Assembly (NCBI RefSeq): GCF_006345805.1
Contig: NC_042997.1
Location: forward strand, 169,260,001 to 169,324,000
Reading direction: 5' to 3'
Length of the DNA: 64,000 bases
Source: Octopus sinensis
Taxonomy: Eukaryota
A model generated the notes under the pieces. The model was not told the DNA's origin, did not search any database, and was given only the letters and a program-made list of their open reading frames with translations. Both the position numbers and the translations under genes were made by a program. This document shows positions 51,284 through 63,879 of the stretch, piece after piece. The stretch's first letter is position 1; each line of letters begins with the position of its first letter.

Positions 51284-51677
51284 ATAATAATAATAATACT
51301 ATAGCTGGAAAAAAAAAATGCTGTGTATGACATCTGGTGGTTATATATCAATAATAACATATTGGTGATGGGAATAGTGATAAGAGCAATGGTAGTAGGG
51401 TTTTTCAAGTAGCACAGAATAATCTACATTCATATAGTAAATCAAGAAGAAAAGCCATCTTCTTCTAAGCTTAACTCACAGAAGTTGAATTTGGCTTTGC
51501 AATAAAATGAAGCATTTGATGCTTTTGCAATGCTCCTATTGCTTAACACAGCAAGCGGTATCATCATATAGTGGTTTACAGCTATACATTTAATGTTTTT
51601 ACATTAACATTATAATGTTATCAAGTTTCAGTATTTAGAATAAAATAATGGGGTAGGGCACAAGTAATTTACAGGAT

Positions 51678-52049
51678 ACATTATTTACATTATTTACAAT
51701 TGACGGATATTTGTTCTCATCTTGTTTGTTGTTAACACAGTGTTTCAGCTGATATATTCTCCAGCCTTCATCAGGTGTCTTGGGGAAATTTCAAACTTGG
51801 ATTCTCATTCCTAAGGTATTTTTCGATGTTGTTGTTGTTGCTGTTGTTGTTGTTGTTGTTGTTATTATTATTCAGGTCACTGCATGAAATCAAACTCAGA
51901 ATCTTGAGGTTAGTAGCCCATGCTCTTAACCACTATGCCATATGCCCCAAACATTGTGTTAACAACAAACAAGATGAGGACAAATATCCATCAATTGTAA
52001 ATAATGTAAATAATGTACATAATTCCTCATCTCTTAAATATAGAACTGG
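51678..52049 (-). mobile_element. Small retroposon: tRNA-like head + (AAC)n + minimal hammerhead-like core + inverted duplicated tail, with an 11-bp TSD
   Basis: TSD ATTTACAGGAT at 51667-51677 and 52050-52060. Head GGGCATATGGCATAGTGGTTAAGAGC starts at about 51947. Core GACAC-CTGATGA-A-GGCTGG-loop-TCAGCT-GAAA-CACT-GTGTT at 51779-51734. The tail is repeated in inverted form at 51950-52010. Confidence 0.75.
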
Positions 52050-52319
52050 ATTTACAGGATGTTCATAATAATTTATGAAAATGTCTGAAATTTCAGATCC
52101 CCCCAATTAATGCAATCATAAAAATAACTAATTAATACAAAACAGAAAATTAAAAATAGTTTAAACATTTATACTAAATCAAATAAGTTTTGTAAAAAGA
52201 AATATTTTCAAAGAAGAAATATATTTTCTCAAACTTTTTGGGAAAATATATATTTTTAAATAAGATAAGAAATTTGTTTTCAGCTCATTAGAAGATTTAT
52301 TTCAAGGAAAAAGATTTAC

Positions 52320-52429
52320 CTTACTGAGCCTTGCAATATTTCTGTAAAGGGACAATGGAAGAGTGAAAAGAAGAATGGATAAGGCTATGACAAACTGACG
52401 ATTTCCAAGGACCATGTATGTGACACCTT
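52320..52429 (-). CDS. SLC38A11: SLC38A11-like exon (110 bp)
   Basis: GVTYMVLGNRQFVIALSILLFTLPLSLYRNIARLSK, containing the LPLSLYRNIA.L motif. Boundaries atgcag and GTAAAT, phase 1/0. Confidence 0.93.
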
Positions 52430-54449
52430 CTGCATAAGGAAATATTGAAACAATTTGTTAGAAACATTGATTTGAAGATATATGTGTGAGATAAAGGAAA
52501 AACAAAGAGACTTCAAGGAATGAGCTCAAAGTTAGTGTCATAAGCATATAAACCAATATAACAGGTGATACAAGTAGAAAAATATATAAAAATGTGTTAC
52601 ATGGAAAGAAAAGAAAAGAAGAAAGAGTGGAAGATGAGGAGGAGAGAAAGAGCAAGAAAGAGAGGAGAGATAATAGTACAAGAGGAATATTTTCAGTTAG
52701 TAAATCAAAACGATTTTTAAAATTAGACTGTGAAGAAGATCTATGGTTAAAGGCATCCCAGCTATAACCCTCTAGTCTTGTTTATTGGTATTGTGTATCT
52801 AGGACTACACTATGCAATGGATCCTTCCTTTCTGTAAGATAGTAGAGACGTGACTTAAAAGGAAATATGATTCTTAATTTTTTTGTTTCAGATGCAATAT
52901 ATCAAGAACTGCAATAATTAACGTATAATTCATTTTTAAGAATCAAGGGTGTGGTTTAAGAGGAATTTAACAACTATTTCTAGCAGGTCATGAGACTTTG
53001 CAGAGACTTCTTTATTTTGTTGGATTAGTTTTGACTTACACCATGATACTATATTATGTCTTATTCCATTTCACTCTGACAGCTTGTACCTATATAAGAA
53101 ATCAATATTCTCTTAAATATTCTTTTTATTTATATCAATCTTGAAATGTGACTCAAATATGCGTGACAATGAGAATAGTAAAGGCAATACAGTAAAATTT
53201 AAATAGTGTTTAACACTTGAAGTCTAGAAAAAAATACATATAAATATATACAGAGATTGATAAAACAAAACAATAAAAAAAGTCCAAGAGTATATTTTAC
53301 ATTGGTAAAAATAGGGAAAATTAGTTGTAATGAGATGTGAATGAAATATAATACTACCTAGAAATGGGCTTCAGTTGTTGCTATATAGATGCTTGGTTTC
53401 TAAAATAAATCAATGTTGTTTAGAACTTTGCTGTTTCTATTTAAAATTGTTTTATTAAGGAATATATTCCTGCAATATCATTACCTCATTATTTTATATG
53501 CATTTATTTCTTTTTCCAGAAATAAAAATGAAGCTGACATAATGAATATTCTACATTTCAACAACTAAGCAATTTCAAATATATCACTGTTGAACACTTC
53601 CAGTATTACTACTTTAAGTGGTAAGAATATTGGATCTGACTGAGAATAATACTATAAAGGGTACACATTTTGAAGAATCATGAATTTCTCACTGTTCTTT
53701 AAAATAATTATTTTCTGAGTTGCAAAAAGTTTTAGGGTGCTAAACTTTATATGATGTGTAAGTCACATAATGCTATGCCATTACTGAGATGTGAACTCAC
53801 AAACAAGACCTCAATGATTTGTTTATTCGTCATTATATCTTACATGTTTCAAAAAAGAAGGAGAGAAAATATGTTGCCAGAAAATTGTTGGAAGCTGCTG
53901 AGAAAGCAAGCCATTACATCTAACTCAAGAGAGAGGATGAGTGATGCAGTAAGAACAAGCAATAAAGATAGTAAAAACTTTTGGCCCAGAGTTGCTACAC
54001 CCAACTCAAAAAAGCTTGTGCTGTTATGTAGAAGTTTTGTTGCCTATACTGGAGGTAGGCCACTAACAGCTCAAGTATCACCTACAGAGTTACTTTGTCA
54101 CTTAATGAGATATTGACTCCTGTATTTGAAGACTAAGTAGAGTACACAGGTGTTTACCCTAATATTTTGTTTGAGGAATATATTTTCATTTTCTTATACA
54201 TATTGATTTTGAATTTTGGCATTAAGCCAGTAATTTTGAGGGATGGTGTAAGTCGATTACATTGACCCCAGTGTCCAACTGGTACTTATTTTATCGACCC
54301 TGAAAGAATAAAAGGCAAAGATGGTCCTAGCAGAACTTGAACTCAGAATATAATGCTAATGATTCTGCCAGTTTGCTGTCTTGCCTTGCTTATACATATT
54401 AATCATTAGATTGGTAAGAGTTTGTTATTTTCTGATTGAAGAAACTTAC

Positions 54450-54518
54450 CTGCACCAGTGAGTTCAGCAATTACTTTTGATATACCATCTGCTACAATAA
54501 CATTGTAGCTTACCATTG
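54450..54518 (-). CDS. SLC38A11: SLC38A11-like exon (69 bp)
   Basis: MVSYNVIVADGISKVIAELTGA with taacag and GTAAGT boundaries, phase 1/1. Confidence 0.9.
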
Positions 54519-55794
54519 CTGTTAAAATATTAAATTAAAAAAATACAAAATTTTAATAATTGTTAAGTAGAGTAGGGAATGAAGTCTTATAAAACTTATA
54601 AACAACCAATCAAACTAACTACCTACTGCATTCATTTTCTCAGTCTCTGCAACCTAATAAGGCATCTGGTCCTGATTTTTACCATTTAATTTTAATGAAT
54701 GTATGACATGATATCAAATATTTCTTTCCTCACAGGTATAATTGATTTCTTTATAGTTGTAAACAAGTTTCAGTACATGCAAATATATTGATGAATGCAA
54801 TCATTATTTTTCTTATTAATCACAACAACATTTAATTTTATGTTAATGAAACTATGAAGAAATGTACAATTAGTGGCTGAAATTGTTTTTGTTTTTTCTA
54901 ATTTTCTTTAATTTAAAAAAATGCAGCTGTAAAATCGAAAAGTTCTGAACCAAATTAAAATATTTAATACTATTTCTAATAGCCAAAATAAATTGTTAAT
55001 TATATACAAGTTAATTTCTTATGGAGTAATTTTCATTAGGATTGCTTTTAATCATTAAAGATATCTGTTCTCAATGATTCTTCCATCACAGTTATTTTAT
55101 TGATAAACATCATTTTAATGTTAATCACCTTGTAATGAACAAACAGTAGATATTGCATAGTGGCTTTTATGTTGTTGTTAAATCCAGGTCAGGCCTGATT
55201 AAAGAGACTTACAATCAATGCAATTCTGGCCATGACTATCTTGTCCTTTGTGTATTATTTATGACTATATTACCCTTGTTATTTACTTTTTAAAATTGTA
55301 GTGTGCATTTGATGATGATTTGGCTATTATATCTTGCAAAGTGAACAACTGTATAGAGGTCCTCCTTTTAGCTTTTGATGACTTGTTGGCTAATTGGCTT
55401 GTTGGTACCTTTTATCTTTTATAATGGAATAAGAAGGTAAATTTACAGATTTACAGAATAGATAGAGCAATGAGTTTTAAATATTTTATAATATTTCATT
55501 ACAATATTGTTAAATTTAAATCACGTTGATTTCAATTTTGCTTTCCATTCCTCTGAAGTGGATGAAATAATTACCCATTTTATACTGGGAGTTGATTCGG
55601 TCAGTCCACTCCAGCCCTACAAGTTTGTGAACCAAAGTTCTAAATCATTACATGAATGCTTGTACCTTTGTTATTTATGTGATAGCAGTTGATTTTCTGA
55701 TCAGATCAAGGAAAATATGTTTCTATGAGTTTTCATGTTGTTGATACTATCAGTCAGTCACTAAACCTGGCAGAGAAATCATTGTTTCTCAGGC

Positions 55795-56155
55795 ATGGTT
55801 TGTGGTAAGACGTTTGGTTCCTAACCATATGGTTCTGGGTTCAGTCCCACTGCATAGCACCTTAGGCAAGTGTTTTCTACTATAGCCCTGAGCTGACCGA
55901 AGCCTTGAAAGTGGATTTGATAGATGGAAGGTGAAAGAAGCCTGTCATATATATAAATATATACACACACACATACATGCATAAACACTGGCAGTGCTCC
56001 AGCATGGCCACAGACTTAGGGCTGAAACGTAAAAAAAATATGTATGTGTGTGTGTGTGTGTGTAGAAAACATATGTCCAAGGCGTCTTGCAATGGGACTG
56101 AACTCAAAACCATGTAGTTGCAAGGAAGGCAAGCATCTTAACCACATAGCCATGA
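55795..56155. mobile_element. Two SINE family A fragments in opposite orientation
   Basis: A plus-strand copy with an internal deletion at 55795-56030 and a minus-strand 5' fragment at 56060-56155. Confidence 0.65.
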
Positions 56156-56840
56156 TTGCACTTGGTTCTATATTTTCATTGACCACCAAAACAGTGAAAA
56201 GTAAAGTTGATCATGGCAGTATTTGAATTTGAAGTGCAAAACTTTGAGAGAGGTTTAGCTATTTCTAGCAGTTTCAGTGACCATGCAGTAGCTCCTTTTC
56301 ATGACTCAGATATGAAAATAAAAATGTTGTAGCTGATGTAATACTAACATTAGCTATATGTTTCAAAAGGCAGTCTAGTAATGGCCATACTATCTTTTTC
56401 AGTATTTTAGGGAATACATCCCATTTGTATTCTTCCTTTTGTTTTAAAGACAAAATGATGTGATTTAAGAGATTTAATTTCTGTTTCTAGCAGATTGAAT
56501 GACCATGTAGAGGCTCACTAGTTAGAAAAGACCCATATGTTGTTATATGAGCTGATGTGATGCTAACATTTGGTGTTTCACACTCAGTAATTATTTTGAC
56601 CTTTCTTCAATGTGGAGTTTAATTGGTAGAAAAGACTTTTATTCTTGCTTCAACAATCAGAACAAGACTAGGAAACAGGAAAACATTTGATAAAAAATAC
56701 AAAAAAAAAAAATAACAATAATGGCCATGACATTTTTTAATCAAAATTATGTTTTAATTCTATTGTACCTGTATACACACACACACATACACACACACAC
56801 ATGCACAATATATACATACCCTTCATACATATTCACTCAC

Positions 56841-56871
<31 letters not shown>

Positions 56872-56957
56872 TGTATGTATGTATGTATGTATGTATGTAT
56901 GTATGTATGTATGTATGTATGTATTTATGTATGTATGTATATATATATGTATATATA

Positions 56958-58227
56958 CAGGGGTTGGACAAAATAATGGAAACACCTAGCATCAAAGCAT
57001 CATAATTTTGAAATATCTATAAAACCATCAAAAGCTTGTTTATTTTTATGTTTTTTGATTTATTATTAGTGTTGCTTAGTATTTTTTGCTAAAATTGCTG
57101 TTTCTTTTCAGATATCATCAGGGAAAGTAATTAAAATACATTAAAATGACAGATCTATCACACTTTCAAAGAGGTCAAATTGTTGGTGCTTGTGTAACAG
57201 GCGCTAGTATAATGAAAACAGCCAAAATGTTCGGTGTATCAAGAAGTACTGTCTTGAAAGTAATGACAGCTTTTGAAAAAGAGGAAAAAACCTCCTTGTC
57301 AAAACAAAACTCCGGAAGAAAACCAAAACTTTCAGATGGGTCCGTTGGACTGTTATGTGAGTTGTTAGAAAGGATCACAAAAGTTCAGCTCCAAAAATTA
57401 CTGCAGAGCTTAATGACCACCTCAAGAACCCAGTTTCCACGAAAACTGTTCACTGGGAGCTGCACAAAGCCAGATTGCATGGGAGGGCTGCAATCAGAAA
57501 ATCACTACTTTCAAAAATAAATGTTGTAAAGTATTTAGAGTGGAGTAAAACCTACAGAATTGGTCCCTAGAGCAGTGGAAGAATGCTATTTTCTCAGATG
57601 AGTCATTCTTTACCCTATTTCTGACCACCGACTGAGTATAAATGTGGAGACAGCCAAAAGAAGCATTTGACCCAGACTGCCTTCTTTCAACTGTTAAACA
57701 TGGAGGAGGATCTGTGATGATCTGGGGGGTTATATCTTGGAAATCCACCGACCCAATGGTTTCCCTTCATAGCAGAATTAATAGTCAAGACTATTTAAGC
57801 ATTTTATCTGATCAAATTCATCCTATGGTTGCGGAACTGTTTCTGGAGGGAAACGCAATCTTTCAGGGTGATAATGCACCAATTCATGCAGCTAAAGTTG
57901 TTGCTGAATGGCATGAGGAGCATTCTAGTGAAGTTGAACATCTTATCTGGCCACCACAATCCCCAGATCTTAATATTATTGAACATTTATGGTGTATTTT
58001 AAAAAAACAAGTAAGGAGTCGATATCCTTCATCATTATCATGACAAGAACTGGAGACTGTTTTAGTTGAGGAATGGACAAAAATTCCTTTGGAAACAATT
58101 CAAACTTTGTATGAGTCCATACCTCATAGAATTCAAGCTGCAATTACTGCCAAAGGTGGCCCTATTCCATATTAAAATAAATTTGTTTGAAATTTTAAGG
58201 TGTTTCCATTATTTTGTCCAACCCCTG
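56958..58227 (+). mobile_element. Full-length 1270-bp Tc1-like DNA transposon, DD36E catalytic spacing, disrupted ORF
   Basis: Perfect 30-bp TIRs CAGGGGTTGGACAAAATAATGGAAACACCT with TA TSDs at 56956-56957 and 58228-58229. HTH N-terminus from ATG 57146, FSDES near 57591, and GDNAPIH...WPPQSPDLNIIEH with 36 residues between D and E. Frameshift near 57335 plus stop codons. Confidence 0.95.
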
Positions 58228-60312
58228 TATATCACTTTTACTTTCTAAAAAAGTAAAATTATCCTTTTTATCTTTTAGTAAAATTGAAAAATCATTTTAT
58301 TGAATATTTTAAATTTAGAAATACATTACATAAAAGTTTTATTTCAATTATCCAGAAAATCAAAAACACTACTTCGGTCTGAAAATTATTAATGATATTT
58401 TGAAAGAAATATTTCTAGCGTTTGAGTCATTTTCAACATTTATCTAGTAAATTAATTAATTGATTTATCAAGTAATATACTAATGCATTCATGCATTCAT
58501 ATACTTTTTTATTCATTTCTAAATAAAACATTTATTTTTTTCACATTGGCTCCAAGCCATAAATTTAAGGAGTATAATAGTTGATTAGATCAACTTATTA
58601 TATATTTTATGAAAAGCAAAGATGACCTTGGCAAAGTTTGAACATATTCTTTCATAATTAATAATAATAGAATAATTCTAGTAACTCTGCAATAATTATT
58701 ATATATCAACAATGAACAATATTGATTTAAACTATTGGTTTCTTTTGACTTCCTTGCAGTTCAGCATTACATTGTACATTTGTAAGCCATTGGATAATTC
58801 TAGTAATATATTGGTTTTTATTTTGGGAAAAGATTGCATGCCTTTTGCTTAATCCTTTGCCCTTACTGGAGAAAGAGACACTGCGAAAGGTCCCTAATGA
58901 TTCCTCACAGCAGGGCAGAGCCAATTCAGAGAGAGGTGGGGAGTGGCTTATTGAATTTATTTATCAAAGGAGGAAAGATAAATGAGTTGACCTTATTAGG
59001 ATTTGAACTCAGAAGGTAAAGATAAAAAAAAATTCAATGGCATAGTTCTTAAACAACTCTGCCAATTTGTCATCCATTTCTTTTGACTTAACAAGAGGAA
59101 ATGTTGTGTTGTGATGTTCATGTGTGTTTCAGTTGTGAAGTAAAGTGACTTCTCTTAAAATCAACTGTGGTCACTTAGAATCAACAGTGGCCATGGTCAT
59201 ATTTTCATCTCCACCACTCACCTATTGGCAAGTGTCTCCTTTAAACCCTGGGCTGACCAAAGCTTTGTGGATGGATTTGCTTAATGAAATTGAAAGAAAC
59301 TCATCTTAATATATACCTGTGTGTGTGAGTTGCTGTCCACTTGTCTTGACATCACAGGATTGTTGTAAATGAGTGCCCTTTGTTTCCAAGTTTCTATGAA
59401 AACATGGTCAGCCACAACAAACTATTACTTTTCATGAAAACAGCTGAGGGATGGTGACAGGTAGGCATCTGGCTATAGAAAATCTACCTCAGCAAATTCC
59501 ATCCCACCCATGTGAGAATAGAAAAGTGGATGTCAAAAAATAACAAACAAATGATATTGATTTGTTACATAAGCATGAGGACAATATTTGTGAGAGCAAA
59601 ATGTCTCCAATTGAATCCAACCTGGTAAATTACTGGTACACAGAGCCATCTTCAGGCTCATGGGTCTAGAGGCTCAGTACTAATCTTTCTATGTTGTAGT
59701 TTGTTGTCAGGGCCTACAATGCTACTAAGATGGCCCTGCCGGTACATATTATATAAACCCTGGACAGACGAAGGGCAAGATCAGTATTGAATGGATTTGA
59801 AGTAAGAATATCATATATAGATAATAAAACTTAATGCTGTTAGGTATTTCATCAAGCAAACTATTGATGCAAGCTGTGAGGTGAAAATGCTTGTGATATG
59901 TAATTCCAGTTTGTTCCTACTGCATGACATCTTACTCAATTGTCTTCTATTATAGCCATGGATTAACCAAAGACTTAATCTATTGCCTGGCTCTTAGATT
60001 ATAAAATTAATCTGTTGTCAAGTTTAACATTACCATGAGGTCATGGGCCATTTTTATGGACACGTTTGAACCTAGCTCCTGGTCTATGTATAACCCATGA
60101 GTTGCAGTTCTTCTTTTCATTCCTTCTCAACAGTCTTGGAGGTCTGTGAAAATGTCAAGGCTACCAATGACTAAATCTTTAAAAGAAACTAATTTGTAAA
60201 ATTTACTGTTTCTGCCAGCTGAACGCTTTCATACTCAAATAATAATTTTATTCTCAAGTGCTTACAAGCTTCTAACCATACTTCTTCCCCAATACAAAAA
60301 AGTGTTACTCAC

Positions 60313-60388
60313 AAATAAATGGAAAAAGAAACTGCAGCAATGTTAGAATGTAGAATCCAGGACGTCCAAAGGAAGCTTGCACAACATC
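60313..60388 (-). CDS. SLC38A11: SLC38A11-like exon (76 bp)
   Basis: DVVQASFGRPGFYILTLLQFLFPFI with ttgaag and GTGAGT boundaries, phase 0/1. Confidence 0.9.
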
Positions 60389-61459
60389 CTTCAAGACAGA
60401 TGAAATAAATAAATAAATAATTAATAAATAAATAAGAAAGGGAATATGTCAATCAAAATACTGTATAATTATATTAACACAAAATGAGTAATTAAATCTA
60501 ATTACTTCTGAACTTTTGCATATTAAGATCATTGTTTACTGCTTTAATATCAAAATATGCAGATTAATTCTGTTAATGAGATCATGACATTTCCAAATTC
60601 AGTAAGGGAACTCAATCAATTAGTTGGCATAGTTACCAATTTTCTTTTTAATTATATAACATTGCTATTATGTTAAACTGTCATATGTTCAAATTTGGCC
60701 AAATGCAGTTTTTTTCAATATTTATTTTTGCTTGCAATAGCCGAATCTTTTGGTCAGACTATTTTGTCTCCAGCTACTTCAGATGCCAAGATACCAAAAA
60801 TGGTTTTGCTATGGAATGATGAAACTATTTTTTCATTTTCTGAAAAAGCAACGTTTTGGACTTAGGACACTTTTGCATAATAGCAACGATATTTAGTTTT
60901 TGGTAATCTACTTTGAAATCCTGTGCAGTCATTGAGCTTTTCATGTTTGAAGGACATGGGTAAATTTAATTTTGTTTGGGAAACAGGTAAGAGTTAGTAA
61001 CAAGAAGAGCTTCCAGTAATAGAAAATTTGCCTCAATGAATTTCATCTGACCCGTGCAAGCATGGAAAGCAGTTAATAAAATGAGTCCCCTGAGCAACCT
61101 TCAATATTTTCTATCCAAAAGGGATTTTTACCCAATATTTACATGCTGTTATTTATAGCTTTATGTTTTGAGATCTACTGTTTCAAAAAGGAATTATTTC
61201 ACTTTCTCTTGAAAGTCTATAGATTCTTATGATATCAACAGCAAACAATTCTAACTGGTAAAAATAAAGTTTCTAAAATGGATTGAATTTGAAGGATTGC
61301 TCCAAGGGTTGAACGTCAGTCAAGCTTACAGATGTTGGTTTAAATCCCATGGGTAGCCTTCAACTTTTTCTATACAAAAAATGTTTTTTTTCAATCCAAT
61401 ATTTAAAATATTTTGTAAAAAGACTCCAATATTTTGGAGTCTTTTTGATCACACATCTA

Positions 61460-61790
61460 TTGGCTCAGTGATTAGGGCATGAAGCTCACAATCATGAGGT
61501 AGTGAGTTAACTTTTCAGACTGGGTTGTATGTTATGTTCTTGAGCAAGACACTTTATTTCACATTGCTCCAGTTTACTCATCTGTAGAAATGAGTTGTGA
61601 CATCACTGGTGCTAAGCTGTATCAGCCTTTGCATTTTCCTTGGATAACATTGGTGGTGTGGAGAGGGAGGCTGCTATGCATGAGCGACTGCTGGTCTTTC
61701 ATAAACAACCTTGCCCAGACTTGTGCCTCAGAGGGTAACTTTCTAGGTGTAATCCCATGATCAATCACGACTGAAGGGGGTCTTTACTCT
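61460..61790 (+). mobile_element. Old tRNA-headed SINE with a CORE-like central segment
   Basis: Degenerate head ggctcagtgattagggc, then ttcttgagcaagacacttt...ccagtttactcatctgtagaaatgag, which resembles the CORE/MIR central domain (from memory). Confidence 0.55.
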
Positions 61791-62421
61791 ATCTATCTTT
61801 CTTTTTCTTTCTCTCCCTCTCTCCCCCCTCTCTCTCTATGTAGACACACACACACACACACATATATATAAATTCAGTGTTATAGGGGCAATGTGTCTGT
61901 GTGATTAACTTTGCTTTGCAACTACATGGCTTCAGATTTGATCCTACAGTAGAGTACCCTATACAAGGAACTTCTGTCATTGCCTGAAATCACCCAAAGA
62001 ACTTAGTAGACTTAAACGATGTAGTAGTTCACTAGAGGGACCGTTACTGCTCTTCAGGAGTAAACTTAATCAGTTACCAAGTTCAATGCCACTACCAGGC
62101 TCTTGGAGGCCTTCAGTGGAGCCTACTACTGTTAAACTGCTGCAAGAATTCTGGTTGTCTACCTCTGACTGAGGATGAATTACTCCCTTCTTCTTATCAG
62201 TCTTGAAGGCCCTGAAAGATGTGATGGGCACTGCCCTTTCACATCTGACAAAGTCATGTAATAATTAAATTAATAAATATAAAATTCTAGTTTCTATTTA
62301 ATAAATAACTGAGTTTTGTAAGTATAAAGCTTTGAATACTCAGTACTAATTATGAGAAATATTGTTGCATTATAATTAGAACTATTTTAATGTATAAAAT
62401 TAATTATATGAAAAAGCATAC

Positions 62422-62480
62422 TTGATATGTGGAACCTCCAGACAGTTTTCCACCATCAATTAAAAGCAAAATGGCGTAAT
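62422..62480 (-). CDS. SLC38A11: SLC38A11-like exon (59 bp), the most 5' exon visible
   Basis: (D)YAILLLIDGGKLSGGSTYQ with tttcag and GTATGC boundaries, phase 1/0. No upstream exon was found within the window. Confidence 0.9.
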
Positions 62481-62559
62481 CTGAAAGAGAAAACAATATA
62501 TAGTTACATATAGATATATATCTATATAGATGGATGGAGAGGGAGCTACATATATATAC

Positions 62560-62722
62560 ATACATACATGCATGCATGCATACATACATACATACATACA
62601 TACTTCTGCACATGCATGTGCACACACACAACTCAACCCATACAAACACTTATAATTATCATTCATAAATATATACACATATATATGTATATGTATAGAT
62701 ATATGTGTGTATATATATATAC

Positions 62723-62805
<83 letters not shown>
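62560..62805. repeat. (CATA)n/(TA)n microsatellites
   Basis: Read directly from the sequence. Confidence 0.9.
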
Positions 62806-62808
<3 letters not shown>

Positions 62809-63033
62809 AATAAAATGTTTCGAGTGGTACAACAATGCACTATAATACAAACAATGGGCTATATAACTGTTGTAATTTAACCATCCATAGCCTGATAATA
62901 TTTCAGAATAAAATTCCTTCCACAGATATCCCTAGGAATTGACAGAGTACTTGCTATAATCGCTGCTATACACTCTCATGTATATATATATATATATAGA
63001 TGAGAAAGTTGGTTTGTGAAAGCACGTGGTTGA

Positions 63034-63265
63034 ATATATAGAAAATAGTAAAAAGTGAAAAAACTACAGAAGGCTATGTCATTGTAAGAAAAAAAATTTA
63101 ATTTCTTCTAAACTATGTCATTGTAAGAAAAAAATTTAATTTCTTCTAAACTATGTCATTGTAAGAAAAAAATTTATAATATTCTTCAGACATATTGACT
63201 CAAATATATATTCTTTAACCTTTTAAAACAAGCCTTCTGTAGTTTTTTCACTTTTTACTATTTTC

Positions 63266-63272
<7 letters not shown>
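63034..63272. repeat. 42-bp perfect inverted repeat enclosing three ~38-bp tandem repeats
   Basis: ATATATAGAAAATAGTAAAAAGTGAAAAAACTACAGAAGGCT at 63034-63075 and its reverse complement at 63231-63272, with CTATGTCATTGTAAGAAAAAAA(A)TTTAATTTCTTCTAAA repeated three times inside. Confidence 0.85.
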
Positions 63273-63361
<89 letters not shown>

Positions 63362-63879
63362 TATACGGGCGTGTGTATCAAAATGTATTATATATATGTA
63401 TGTATATTTGAATATGTAAGTATGGTCAAGACAGGTGAAATAGTACTTAATATTAAAGGAAAAGTCTTATGTATGATTGTAAAAGCTAACATTTCACATC
63501 AGGTTATTCAAGTTTCATGTTAGCAAACCTCAGACTAAATCTAAAGTGCAGTATAAGTGATCTGTTATGCAGAATATACAGGGAAGTGTTGCAGAGAAAA
63601 TATTTTAAGAGAAGCAGAAAAAACAGGTGAAAAGTAAAATAAAAAATAAAAATGTTAATAAAAAAAAAAAAAATCATGTATTTTTGTAACGAGTGAAGTG
63701 TGTGCTAAGAGGAGGAAAATCTTCTGTATGTTTATGGGCTGGTTGACCTTTAAAACTAAAACTGAAACTGAGTGATAAATGGTAAATTTTTTAATATATA
63801 TATATATACATACATACACATATGTGTGCATATATATGTATGTATAATTAACAAAATAAATATATATATACATCATCAT

